Assembly: GCA_003971905.1 (NCBI GenBank)
Contig: RSEE01000092.1
Coordinates: forward strand, 1 to 64,000
DNA from: Moniliella sp. 'wahieum'
Lineage: Eukaryota
Direction: 5' to 3'
DNA length: 64,000 nucleotides
The translations under genes and the position numbers were made by a program. Numbering within the stretch: position 1 is the first letter of the stretch; each line of letters begins with the position of its first letter. Shown here one piece after another: positions 13,105 to 25,150 of this stretch. A model generated the notes under the pieces. The model did not search any database. It worked only from the letters and a program-made list of their open reading frames with translations, and was not told the origin of the DNA.

Positions 13105-14001
13105 GATGGCGGAATTGATGAGGAGGTTTGTGTGTGGATGGGAATCGAGCGAGGCAGATCGACGAAAATCTCACCATTTATAAAACAAGATGCGATTTCT
13201 CTCCCTACCGGAAATGCGCGATATTGGACGGTCTACATCTCGGCGGAGCCCCATTTCGGTGCGCGAGTGGGGTTCCAGCTGCTGTCAATGTATGTAAACC
13301 TCATAAGGCTGAGAGATGAGCGATCTGAAGGCAGCATCCTACCTACACCCAAGGAAGTGTTGGTTGGCACCGACAACATTACCAGTGGAGTATACTGGGA
13401 ACCCGCACATCATGTCATGATATCATTCTTTTGTCCATGTCATAGAAGGTACAAATGAACTACTTAGAAGGGGAAAATGCGCATGTGTGGCGTGCCGCCA
13501 GTGAGCCTGTCCAGGCATGTTTTCCGTACAGAAGTTGTCCTTTTTGACGGGCCCCCAGATTTCGGGTTGTTGGGATCCTTGGACCGGTGTGGGGTACTGA
13601 GTACTGAGGCTGCTATGTATCAGCGCAACGGCTACGTGATCAATAGAGTGCGCCACAGTTATAGTGCGGGTTCAGTGCAGTGGACTAATGACCCAGTGCT
13701 AGTGGCTCTGCTTATTAGTAGAGGCAATGCAGGGAACATTGAAGGAGCCATAATGCAATAATGTGCATAATGCATAACGAGCAAGTAGTAACTAGCTAGT
13801 ACTAAGTAACCGGGCATATTTCAAGAAGACGTGTGTACTACTCCCCAGAAAAAGAAGCGATGCATCACAGGCCTTTTGCCTGCATGTGGGCCGGTTTGGG
13901 GTTTTGCATTAATACTATGGTTGGGCGCTCTTACATGGCAGATGTCTGCATTCAGTACGTACTCCAAATGTAATTAGTCCCGGCGGGGAGCTGCATACAA
14001 T

Positions 14002-14077
14002 CGTCCATTTCATTGACAGAGCTTAAGGCTGGGACAGCGGGAACGCTACGTCTAAACCTAACCGTTCATCTTGCGGG
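14002..14077 (-). mobile_element. Isolated 3' UTR fragment of the CRE-like retrotransposon at 60.1-62.2 kb
   Basis: Reverse complement reads CCCGCAAGATGAACGGTTAGGTTTAGACGTAGCGTTCCC...CAATGAAATGGACG, matching 62134-62210 with few differences. Confidence 0.85.
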
Positions 14078-14356
14078 CGTGAAGCCTGAGGCCCTAAGGT
14101 TGGCCTGAGGTTGCTCAAATTCACATAAATGAGTTCCCGAGATGTCTCATCTACGTTCGCCCGCGTGTGGGGTGCATGTGACATGTGACATGTGAGGCCT
14201 GTGCGGCCCTGGCAAAGGCGGGTGCATTCTGCCAGTGTGCAATTATAGGGTGCACTCTGGGATCCTGATAGATCGGCTGCAGAGCAGCCTGAAAGCGTCA
14301 AGCTTCAGGTGAAGCTTCCGAAGCTTCAGACTAAGGCGAGAGAGGGCAAGGGGTAG

Positions 14357-14579
14357 TGTCGAGATCAGACCCATCTGGTCACACATAGTCACCACAGGTT
14401 GGCTGGACCCTAATTTGTTCTAGGCCCTGTTTCCCCTTTGTCTATGCTTCCCCTTCTTTCTCGGTATGATATTGACTCGGTTAGCATGTTCTCTTCTTCT
14501 CCGAGGTACATATGCCTCGCCTTTTTCCTCTCGATGAATATATGATCCTCATACTTCTCTCCATCTCCATCTCCTGTCA
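14357..14579. repeat. Dispersed ~220-bp repeat, LTR-like (TG...CA), copy 1
   Basis: Colinear similarity to 38223-38440 (TGTCG.GATCAGACC..., ATGTTCTCTTCTTCTCCGAGG, CTCGATGAA, CATCTCCTGT). Confidence 0.75.
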
Positions 14580-15378
14580 CATGTCACATGTCACATGTCA
14601 GGCCCAACAGGCAGGCCACAAAAGCCTTCAAGCACACGTATATGTGGTGAAGACCTGAAGCTTGAAGGCAGGAGATCGGAGACAGGAGACCCAGAAAAGA
14701 GAGATGGAGCGGGTAGCCGGTAATCCCGGTTAACCGTTCGGTAAGGTGGGGTGCGGGGTACGCAAGGGTACGCAGTACGTAGCCTGTAAGAGGAACCCTT
14801 CCGCCTAATACGCGAGCGTCACCGGTCACCGGTCACTGATTCTTGAGGCTTAGAAGTTTGAGATCGACTTTCGACATGAGAGCTTCAGGCCTAGTATCAG
14901 ACTACCCTCTCACATATTCAACTGTTGGGATCTTTATTTGCAGGCATGTAATACCATTGACGCAAGGTACCGGACTGAACTGGCCTTTGGTCCTAAGGCG
15001 GCCTGAGGCCCTGAGTACTTTACTGAGTGCTGAATGTGGTACAGTGCCAATCTGGGTTCGGGGACTGCAAACGTGGTCTTCTGCTGCCATCTGGCTGGTG
15101 GCGGAGCATATATAGCAAAAACGAAACGGCGCGCGCGTCCGGCTTCTTCGTATTGAGACCAAGTCTACTCGATCTGTCCTCTCTCTCCCCTAACCCCCCT
15201 CCCCCAGTGGGTCGGTTCCTGACCTGCTGCAGCCTTCAACGTTCAACGTCCTTAAGCCTTCTTGCGCTCAGATACGTGTGAGCACGAGCGAGGCCCTTAC
15301 ACTTTCGCTGGATGATCTGCTAGACGCCCACCTGGAAGAAGCCAATCCGGATGGGCAAGAGCAAGCACGAGACGAGTG

Positions 15379-15620
15379 TGATGAGGCCTGGAGTCCAGAT
15401 GGTCCTCGAGGGTGATGCAATCGCATAGTGGTGGTGGTAGTGGTCTAAGCCAACCAGCAACGCCTACAGAGGAACATCAAGCAGCGAGTCGCCACCAGGG
15501 GCTACGCTGCGGAACAAGGAAAAACAGGAGAGAAAACAACGGAATTCCCAGGCCAGAGGAGGAACTGAAGGGACATTGGCCAAAACACGAGCCACCTGAG
15601 GCCTCCCTGATGGCTCAACA
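15379..15620. mobile_element. Solo LTR (242 bp) with 5-bp target-site duplication GAGTG
   Basis: Absent from repeat copy 1; begins TGATGAGGCC, ends GGCTCAACA; GAGTG at 15374-15378 and 15621-15625. Confidence 0.9.
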
Positions 15621-15980
15621 GAGTGCAAAGACCTGGCTCTCGACAGTGTGGACTCCTTGCCGGACGCTCAGTCGGCCGCGGCGCGTGTGAAGACCTGTCT
15701 CCAGGCTATACTCTCGCCTACGTGATCGCACCTTGCATGCCATTCCTGCCCTCCAATCCATGGCTAGCATCCTAAAGCCTATCATGTTAAACCACGAACA
15801 TGATGATGAGCATCCATATCGCATAACACGATCTCATGGTGCAGTCGCCTGAAGCAGCCATCTCCCGACGCACCTCCGTCGTCGAACTATGCGGGATAAA
15901 TCAAAAGAGGATGAAAGTTGTGTAAGGGGAAATGAGAGAGGAGAACGAAAAAGGGGGTAGCAAAACAATCAACATTCAGA

Positions 15981-17071
<1,091 letters not shown>

Positions 17072-17957
17072 GGCTGGGTCCGGGGATACGGGGGAGGAGA
17101 GGGGGAGAGGAGGGGATGGCGATGGCGGTGGTGGTGGTGAAGGTGGTGGTGAAGGTGGTGATGAAGGTGGTGGTGGCGGTGGCGGTGGCGGTAGTGACTG
17201 TAAGTGACTGTAGTGGCTCGCATGCTCCTGGCGGGGCGGACTCGGCTGGGTTAGTACATTTGAACTTAAGAGGGATCTGAGTAGCCGGCGACGCCAGCGA
17301 CAACCCTAGCATGCTCGATAAGGATACGAGGATGATCGATGATCGATGATAGATGATTCAGCCCCACTCAGTACTCACTCCGCCGCCGATCTGAATCTGA
17401 CCACACTCAGTGTCGACATCAGCAGCTCCATCCATCGCCATCGCCATCGCCATCGCCGTGATCCCACCGATCCGCTTGTCCATGCGCGTGGTGGTGTGCT
17501 CCCCTGCGGCATCTGCGTGCATTGGGCTAACCGCAGCTTGCCTTTTTCCGTCTCTCCCCAGAAGGACTTAAGGACAGCATCCGCTGACGTGAACAGCCAT
17601 TGCGCTGGAATCCGCAGACGAGGGATCTCTTTGCTAAGCTCTACTCAAAACGCCTATACGCTCAGGCCAGCGTGTGGTCAGATCGATCGACAGTGGATGG
17701 TGGTTGCCCTCACAGTGGTTGTTGGTGATATGACACGTCATTGACATTGGTCATGTCGGCGTCGGTGTGGTCGAGGCAGCAGTGCGTGCCTGTCCGGACA
17801 AAACAGACCAAGCGCCCCCTTCCGCGTGCTCCCGTCGGGACGGACTGCTACCATACATGACATCCACACAGAACAGCCGCCAATGAGCAACACAGATACT
17901 TTACGGTTGCAGACACAAAAGTAGTAGTAGCCCAGAAGCCCCCAACACCAACCCTCC

Positions 17958-20900
17958 TTACGCCACGTCCCCGCCCCGTTTCCGTCTCCCTCCCCGTCGC
18001 CCTCCCCTTCCTCCTCCGCCGCCGCCTCCTCCTCCACTCGCGCTGGCGACGAGGCCCCCGATGGGTCCGACTCCGGCAGCGCCCCTGGCGTGAGACGAGG
18101 CGATACAACGCCCGGCGACGCCTGACCTTGTCCCAAAGTGGGGATGGAACGGCGGGAGAACGTGCCCAGGGACAGCTGCGGCCGGCGCAAGCTGCTTAGT
18201 CCTGGGGTCGTCGGCCCTTCCGGTACGGCTGCCGACTCGCTGGACATGGATCCATGGCGCGATCCGTGGCTCGAGCCCGGCGTCAACCCGGCGTCAGCGC
18301 GGCCAGGGAGAGGTGCCTTCCGAGTACTCCGATGCGACGGCGTGGCAAGATACGGCGTGCTCTCATCTCCTCCAGCGCGGCCTCGCGTGCATTGTCCTCG
18401 ATGAACGACAAGATCCACGGGTGCGCACGCAGTTCTTCCGCCGTCGGACGCTCGTTCGGGTCGATGGTCAGGCAGCGCGCGAAAGTCGATTCCATCGGCT
18501 GACAGCTGCGACGGGTCGGGCAGAGGCGGATGCTCCTTGGCCAGCCCAATGTGGTACATGATCGCCCACTCGTTGTCCAGCTTCCAGGGCCGCTCCCCGT
18601 CACGATTCCAGTACCACACACCCGACACTCCAAATGTCCATCGCCCTTTTTGCTCTTGTCGACTCCGCGCATCAGCTCCGGGTTGATCGACTCGGGCGAC
18701 ATGTACATCGGCGTACCCTGCAGCGATTTCATCGAAGCCTTCTTTCCATCCAAGTTGCGCAACGACCGCATCGTCTTCCCCGCCCCGACTGCAGATGGTG
18801 CGGGGGGGTTGTGGCCAGAATCTTGGCCGCGCCAAAGTCAACATACTTGATCACTCCATACGGATCCATCAGGATATCTATGTCAAACAAGCATTGGTTA
18901 GTTCAGCCGTTGCGTCCCGCAAAAGCACAAACACAGGGCCAGGAAAAAACAGCTTACTTTCAGGCTTAATGTCGCGGTGCACAATCCCCATGCCGTGCAA
19001 GTAGCTAAGGCCGTCGAGCATCTGCAACGCGTTAAACTGCATCACGCGCTCATCGTTGATCGGGCCCATCTCGAGCAGGTGGGCAAGAGATCCGCCCTCG
19101 CAGTACTCTTCAAAGATGTACACCTTGTCTCGGTGAACCTCAATTCCATAGTACTGGACGACATTGATGTTGTCCAGCAGCTGCATGACCGTCATCTCGT
19201 CCTTGATCTGCTGGAAAAAGGCCGGGTGCGACGCAATGTCCTGGAATAATCTCCTTCACGGCCATCATGTGACCCGTATCCAGATCCAGTGCCGAGTAAC
19301 CGTTCCGAACGTGCCTGACCCCACGACCTGGCCCACCTGCCAATGGAACGCGCACGACGACTGCGCAGCGCCTGCAGCCCGCGGTCTTCGATGCGGGAAT
19401 CGTCCAGCACGCGCCCGCGGAACTGCAGCTCACGCAAGTATTCTCCTTGGACTCCTCGAGGGCATTGAGTGCACGCATCCGCTCTTCCTCCCGCTCTGGC
19501 TGCTGAGCATTGAGCAGGATCGCCGCCACAGCGGCCTCGGACGGTTGGTGTGGTGGCATCCCCTTTCGCACCTCTTCCACCTCAATTCCATTCGGCAGCC
19601 TCGACCTTCTTACGCTCCATTTGCTCCAGTTCCAATTTTGCGCCGCTTCCCGCGCCTTGGCAGCCATGCTCGACCGAGCACCAGGATATCAAAGTGGAGA
19701 TCAAGAGGCGAATGCAGATGCCCACCTTGTTTTGCAACAAGGCGTATTCGCTCCCTTCGAGTTTCAGGATGTTTTCACCATTGGTCGAGATAGAGGCATG
19801 CTCCAGCGCCGTGACGGCCCACTTGAACGTCCTCCGATCGGTCGGCACACAATCGTCGGTGATGAACGAGATCCAGTCGATGGACAGGTGCCCAATCGCC
19901 ACTGTCATCTCAGCCCGCACCTTGGCCGAGACAATAAAGGGCAAAGAGCGCAGTGCATGTTCCGACGCAATCTGATAGCAGTTTTGAATCAACTCGTCCA
20001 CATCCCCCCCCTTGCCATGCTCTTGACCGTGGGGTCGTAGTGCTGGAAATGGAGGCGTTGCCGCTGTTTGGGCACCTCCGTGATGATCGCTGCTGCCAAC
20101 TTGTAGATACCCTGGTTGATCTTTGCCACCTCTTTCTGGACCGAATGAATGTGGGCCATGTTCTGCCACAGTCTCCAGGGGGAAGGCGGCGCGGTGCGCA
20201 TTGGCCACTGCGACTGAGGACGGGCAGAGCTCCTTCAGTTTCACCCTGTGCACGGGCAAAAATGTCATAGAGGTGGTCCTTGCAGCGCTGTAGTTCGGCG
20301 CGCGAACCATCGGCCACCAGGCGGATCCGGCTGGCATGCATCTGAATGTCCACCTCGGGAATGTCCAGGGGCATCACTTCTCCTGTCCAGAGAAAGTCGT
20401 CACGCAGAGAGAGCAGTAGCAAGTACCGACACGGGCTGTCCGCTGCGCCAGGCGGGCCTGTTGCGCCCGCCGCCGCTGCATCCTCTAAACCCGCACGAGG
20501 ATCGGTCGCAGCTCGCCCGAGGGTGAGAGGACACACCACTACCCTCATCCCATCGCTGGGGTCGCAGATCCTCAATTGGGTCAACGCATCCTCGCCCCAG
20601 ACGTTGTGTGGTCAAAGCGATGGTACTGGGTAGGGTTCGCGTTCCTGGGCGGGTCGAAGGAGCGCAAGCACTTGGTCAACAGATCAAGCACCAAGTCAGG
20701 CTGGTCATGCAGCGAAGGCAAAGCCAGCACATGATGTGATTCGATTGGCCACGATAATGTCTCCACCCTTGATGGAGGCAGCGCAGTGGAGAGGAAGAGC
20801 CATTCGGGCTCAAGGATCTCAGTCTCTTGAAGAAGGCAGATACCTTGAGTTTACGGTCCAGCAGATTAAAGAAGAGCACCAACGCTTCCTTAGCACTTGG

Positions 20901-22360
20901 TCGAAAGAGTCCCACCAGGTGCGACCGCCTCGCTGGGATCCCAGCCTCGCTCGCAATCCGGGTGGGGAGAAAGAGGGCATACTCGTCCTTGATCTTGCAC
21001 GCTAGCGCCAGCGCCGACCGCACATCAGGATGAACGAGTCAATGATGATCAGACTCGGGGGTTGTTGCCGCGTGTCAACTCGTACGACAGCCGCACCTTC
21101 AGCACCCCTTCCATCAGGGCAACGGGGAAGGTGGCCAGTTGCATGATATGGGATTGGTACGAGGGCAGGCCAATCTCGCGGTACTGTTGGTGTTGGTCCA
21201 GCAGCGCATCCCGGGCCTTGGTGAGCATGATGTTGAGGTAGCGGAGCGTGCGCTTCTCGAAGCCTGATTCAGAACCTTGTCTTTCAACAGACGTTCTACA
21301 AATGGCTCCTCGCTGTTCTTTCCGGTCGCGTGGGCGCGGGCGCGGGAGCGGGCACTGGCGCCCCCTCCCCCGGGCCAAGCGCCGGCGGCATGGGGACCTG
21401 CACCTCCAATGTTTCCGACCCGGTCCAGCGGCGCAGCACCGAAAGCTGGACGCGGATCAAATTGAAGCAGTTTGTACCAGCTGTAAAGTGCTGCGAGTCG
21501 ATCCTGGATCTCTGGCGTGCCCCAGCGAGGGGCAACCTCAACCATCTTGCGGGCCGAGGGGAATTGCTGCTCCACCTGGTCCACCTGGTTAAGCAGCTGG
21601 CCCACAGCAGCAAACGCTTCTTCGTGACCGTCCTCGCGATATTCGAGATGGAAAGCGAGCACAGCGTCAATCAGCTCGTCCAGTAGCTTGGGCCAACCGC
21701 GATGGAGCAGCTGCCCTCGCGCACCATGAGGGTGGGCGAGGGCCGGGGTGGCTGCCGGTGCGAAGGTAGGCTCGGAGTTCGATCCATCGCTGGAACATGC
21801 TCTCTGTCTTGGTCTCCTGGGTGAGTCGACCGAAATGATGCGCTTGGTTTCGGACCGCAGCACCTCGCTCCGCAACGCGCTTTGGAACATGGTCTGCCAT
21901 TCTAGCCGCTCGTGCGGCGTGTCGCCCTGGGCGGCCTTTGCTGGCGGGAGCGCTTCGGCGTCAGCGTCGGCATCGTCGTCGCTGGGAACGGTGGTGGAAG
22001 TGGGCAGTGCTTCTTCCACCTGGGCGGAGAGGGTGGCGAGTGGAGAAATTGCTCTCCTCGACGCGGGGGGGTGCGGAGGGAAACGCGCAACGGTGCGGGC
22101 AAGATGGTCGCCGACAGCGAGGGGTGCGTGGGCGCTCATCAATCGCATCCTCTGGCATGCAGAGAGCGCTGGCCGGCCACCAGCAACGTGCCGGAGACGT
22201 CGACTGGACATGGGTCGTCGGTCGTGGGAGATGGTGGTGGCGGTGGTAGGATTAAAAATGACGCGGAAATCCATTGGTTATTGATTGTCGAGATTATCGA
22301 TCGGTGGCTTCAGCGATCAACGATCTTTCTGTCCTCATCGATGATTCATTGAGGTCATCG
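17958..22360 (-). CDS. SSK2: MAP kinase kinase kinase, Ssk2/Wis4 family (HOG pathway)
   Basis: ERLEWQTM, DWISFITDDCVPTDRRTFKWAVTALE, YYGIEVHRDKVYIFEEYCEGGSL, HRDIKPE, LQGTPMYMSPE; start approximate. Confidence 0.93.
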
Positions 22361-22638
22361 CCACCACCGCCACCACCGCCACCGCCACCACCACCACCAC
22401 CTCCTCCTCCTCCGCCGTCACCACTACTGGCAACTCGCTTGCCAGTTTGCGACTTCTGTCCTCCGTCTTTGCCTCGCGCGCCATCTATATCTGCAGCGAG
22501 ACGCATCCGCCCCCTCCCGCCCACACGCCCCAACCCCAGCTGCATCCTATCTGTTCCAGCACCGCTACCAGAAAGCACACCACTGCAGTCGTCTTCAACC
22601 TCATCCGTTCCTTTTCTCCTCGTGGGACGCGAACATCA

Positions 22639-23738
22639 CTACCACGCGTAGACACCCCGCAACTCCTCCCGCGACCTGAACCGCCTCGCTGCCGCCCGGG
22701 CGCTGGAGATTGATCCCTGCTCGGAGGTGGCTGGCGAGCACCTTGCCCTCCAGCACCGTTTCGTGCCATACCCGCTCCACCTCCCCTGGCTTGGACGGGT
22801 CGATGCGGCCATACCAGATACCAGCACCGTTTGGGAAATAAATAATGACGTTTCCAGCGAACTTGTGGCCGCCAATGTGGGAGATGGAGAAGAGGCCAAG
22901 GACCTTGTGTTGAGACGCCTGTTTGCGCAAGCGCAGCTCGGCCTCTTTCGCGCCCTCCTCGTCGGGTGGCAAGTCCCACGTAGCAGTCAGTCGGGCGTAG
23001 GCAACTCATCTCCGCGTTCGTCCACCTCCCACCCGCTCTGGTGGGCCGCGCGGCAAAACCTGTCTTTCAGGGGCGCTGCAGAAAGATGGCAACGTGCATC
23101 GCGCTTGCGATGCGAGCACACCATAATGACGGCGGAATAGGGAAGGACACTACGCTTCACCACCGCACCAACCGCTCCGGTGCACAGGCTGGGGCGGTAG
23201 GAGGAGGGATTGGTACACGGCATCGATCTCGGCTTGGGCTTGCTGCCTGTGGGCAAGGGAGAGAGCATGACCCAGTCTGGGAAGACCAGGGCGGACTCCT
23301 GCCCCTCGCCTGAAGCCGAATGGAAGGAGCCGTTCTGAACGAGCAAGCGGGTGGCACCGCCGGGATCGGAGCGGCCGTCGGCAGCGGAGGTCCAAATGCC
23401 GCCGCGGGCAGAGGCAGAAGCAGGCGGATAGCGCTCCACGCTCTCTCCAGCAGCTGCGCCACACTGCCCTCGACCGAGGCAATGTCGCGGGGCCAGTCGG
23501 TGCGGCCAGAGCTGATGATGGCCTGACGCAGAAACGGCTTGGTCGCGCCCAAGAGCGGGGTGGTGGTGTCGATGTCCTGGCCTTGCCACGCGCGGAGGAA
23601 ACTGGGCTCGGCAGCGAGACCCTCGAGCGGCGCATCGCACGCTCCACATGCGGCGCACGGCACGCCCAATGCGTCGAGCTGCGCCTCGGGAGAGACGCTG
23701 CCTGGCAGGCCAACGGTGGAGAGCATTTTGCGCAGCAT
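22639..23738 (-). CDS. APD1: Sucrase/ferredoxin-like 2Fe-2S protein (Apd1/Aim32 family)
   Basis: N-terminal C..CD.P, ISSGRTDW, LVFPDW, CSHRKRDARC, SHIGGHKFAGNVIIY...GIWYGR, terminal LRG...W. Confidence 0.9.
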
Positions 23739-24249
23739 GGCGGCAACGGCTGGGCGGGGTGGAGAGGAAGAGGGAGATGGAGGCGGTGGGTTTCTGGCGG
23801 TGGTGCTCGTGTCGCCGGTGCTTGGCTTCTTATGAAGCTGCAGCACTTTTTGTGACGTGTGACGCGTGATGGCGGGAATCTGATAGCAACGTGGTGCAGC
23901 CGTTCGCTTACCTCCGATGGCCGAGCCACGTCCGAGACCGGGCCGGAGTTTTTGCCAGCGAGTCAAACACGCGCTTCTACTCCTAATATCACCCACTGAC
24001 CGCACCCGCCGGCTCCGGAAGTACGTCTTAGGCGTTAGGACTTAGGCGTTAGGCGTTCGGCCTTCATAGTATAGGCTTTAGGTCTTTAGGCCGGATGAAG
24101 AGAGAGGCTGTTGGGGAGCTTCGTGTTGGACTGGTCAGTGCGGCCAGTGTCCGGTCTCAACGTTGAAGTTCAACCGTTCAACGCGCCAACGGACTCAGGA
24201 ACTACCGCCAGCTATGACCTGGTGTCCCGCGCGGACCGCTCCCCCAGGG

Positions 24250-25150
24250 AAGGGGCCATTCGGAGTTTTACACCGGAAGGCGCAATCTCTTTGAGGTCCG
24301 AAGGGTCGACTCGCGGCATGTTCGTGCCTGCCAGTGGACCGCCCTTGGTGAATCGCGAAAAAAGCAGCGCCTCTCGGGTACTATCATACTTTGGCCGATC
24401 TCTTCGCGACCATTTCCCAGTTTCTTCGCCCCGAGCGTCTCGCTCTTTCCCCGTTCCGTCCACCTCGCACCATGTCCTCGCTCTTGCTTCTTCCCCACGA
24501 ACGATGCTACATCCTTTGTCCTAGTCTCGATTCTGGTCTCCCTTGCCTGAGCCCCAACTGTGACATCGGGTGGACGGCAGGTCTTGGGAAGCACACACTC
24601 GGCCTGGTGCTGTGCTAGGGCGGATGCGGGCGTGGCTCGCCCCTGCCCTTCATCACATGGACCATCGGCGAGCAGAGGAATGGAGAACCAGCTCGCCGTT
24701 CTTGGATAGATTTGGGCCGTACGTCGGAGAGAGCTGCGGCGGTACTATCCAGCTGGACGTTCTCTACAATGAGGTTGTCATGGACGTAGCCCTGGTTATC
24801 CGGTCATGGAGGGAGGCGAGAAGAGAAACCGAGTTGTTTCATGATGGCCTGAATGTGCTCCAGCGGAAGCCCGCCGCGGAACTCATACTTGACATAGTGT
24901 GGCCCACAGCGTGCACAGGCTTTTTGCGGTCAACACGATGCAACGGCGGTCGCGATTGTAGATAAACCCCTCGCACACGTGCACCCAGCCAATGACGTCC
25001 GGCTTCGTGGCGCCCAGCACATGCAGATTCCGGGCCTGCAGTATTATCGTGGTTTCTGTGCCCATAGCCGGGGCGTGTCGATTGAAGGGTGGCGTAGGCG
25101 CTATTTTGGCGATGCCAGCTGCGGATCGCCTGTTGTACCATCGCCTCCTG
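24250..25150 (-). pseudogene. Degenerate paralogue of the kinase-like gene at 43.3-45.2 kb
   Basis: ARNLHVLGATKPDVIGWVHVCEGFIYNRDRRCIV, EHIQAIMKQL and ENVQLDST align with ARNLHAVGAMNADVIGWTRMRDVFLYNRTRLCIV, EHVQSIMKQI and DNVMLDST; lacks the long N-terminus. Confidence 0.75.
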
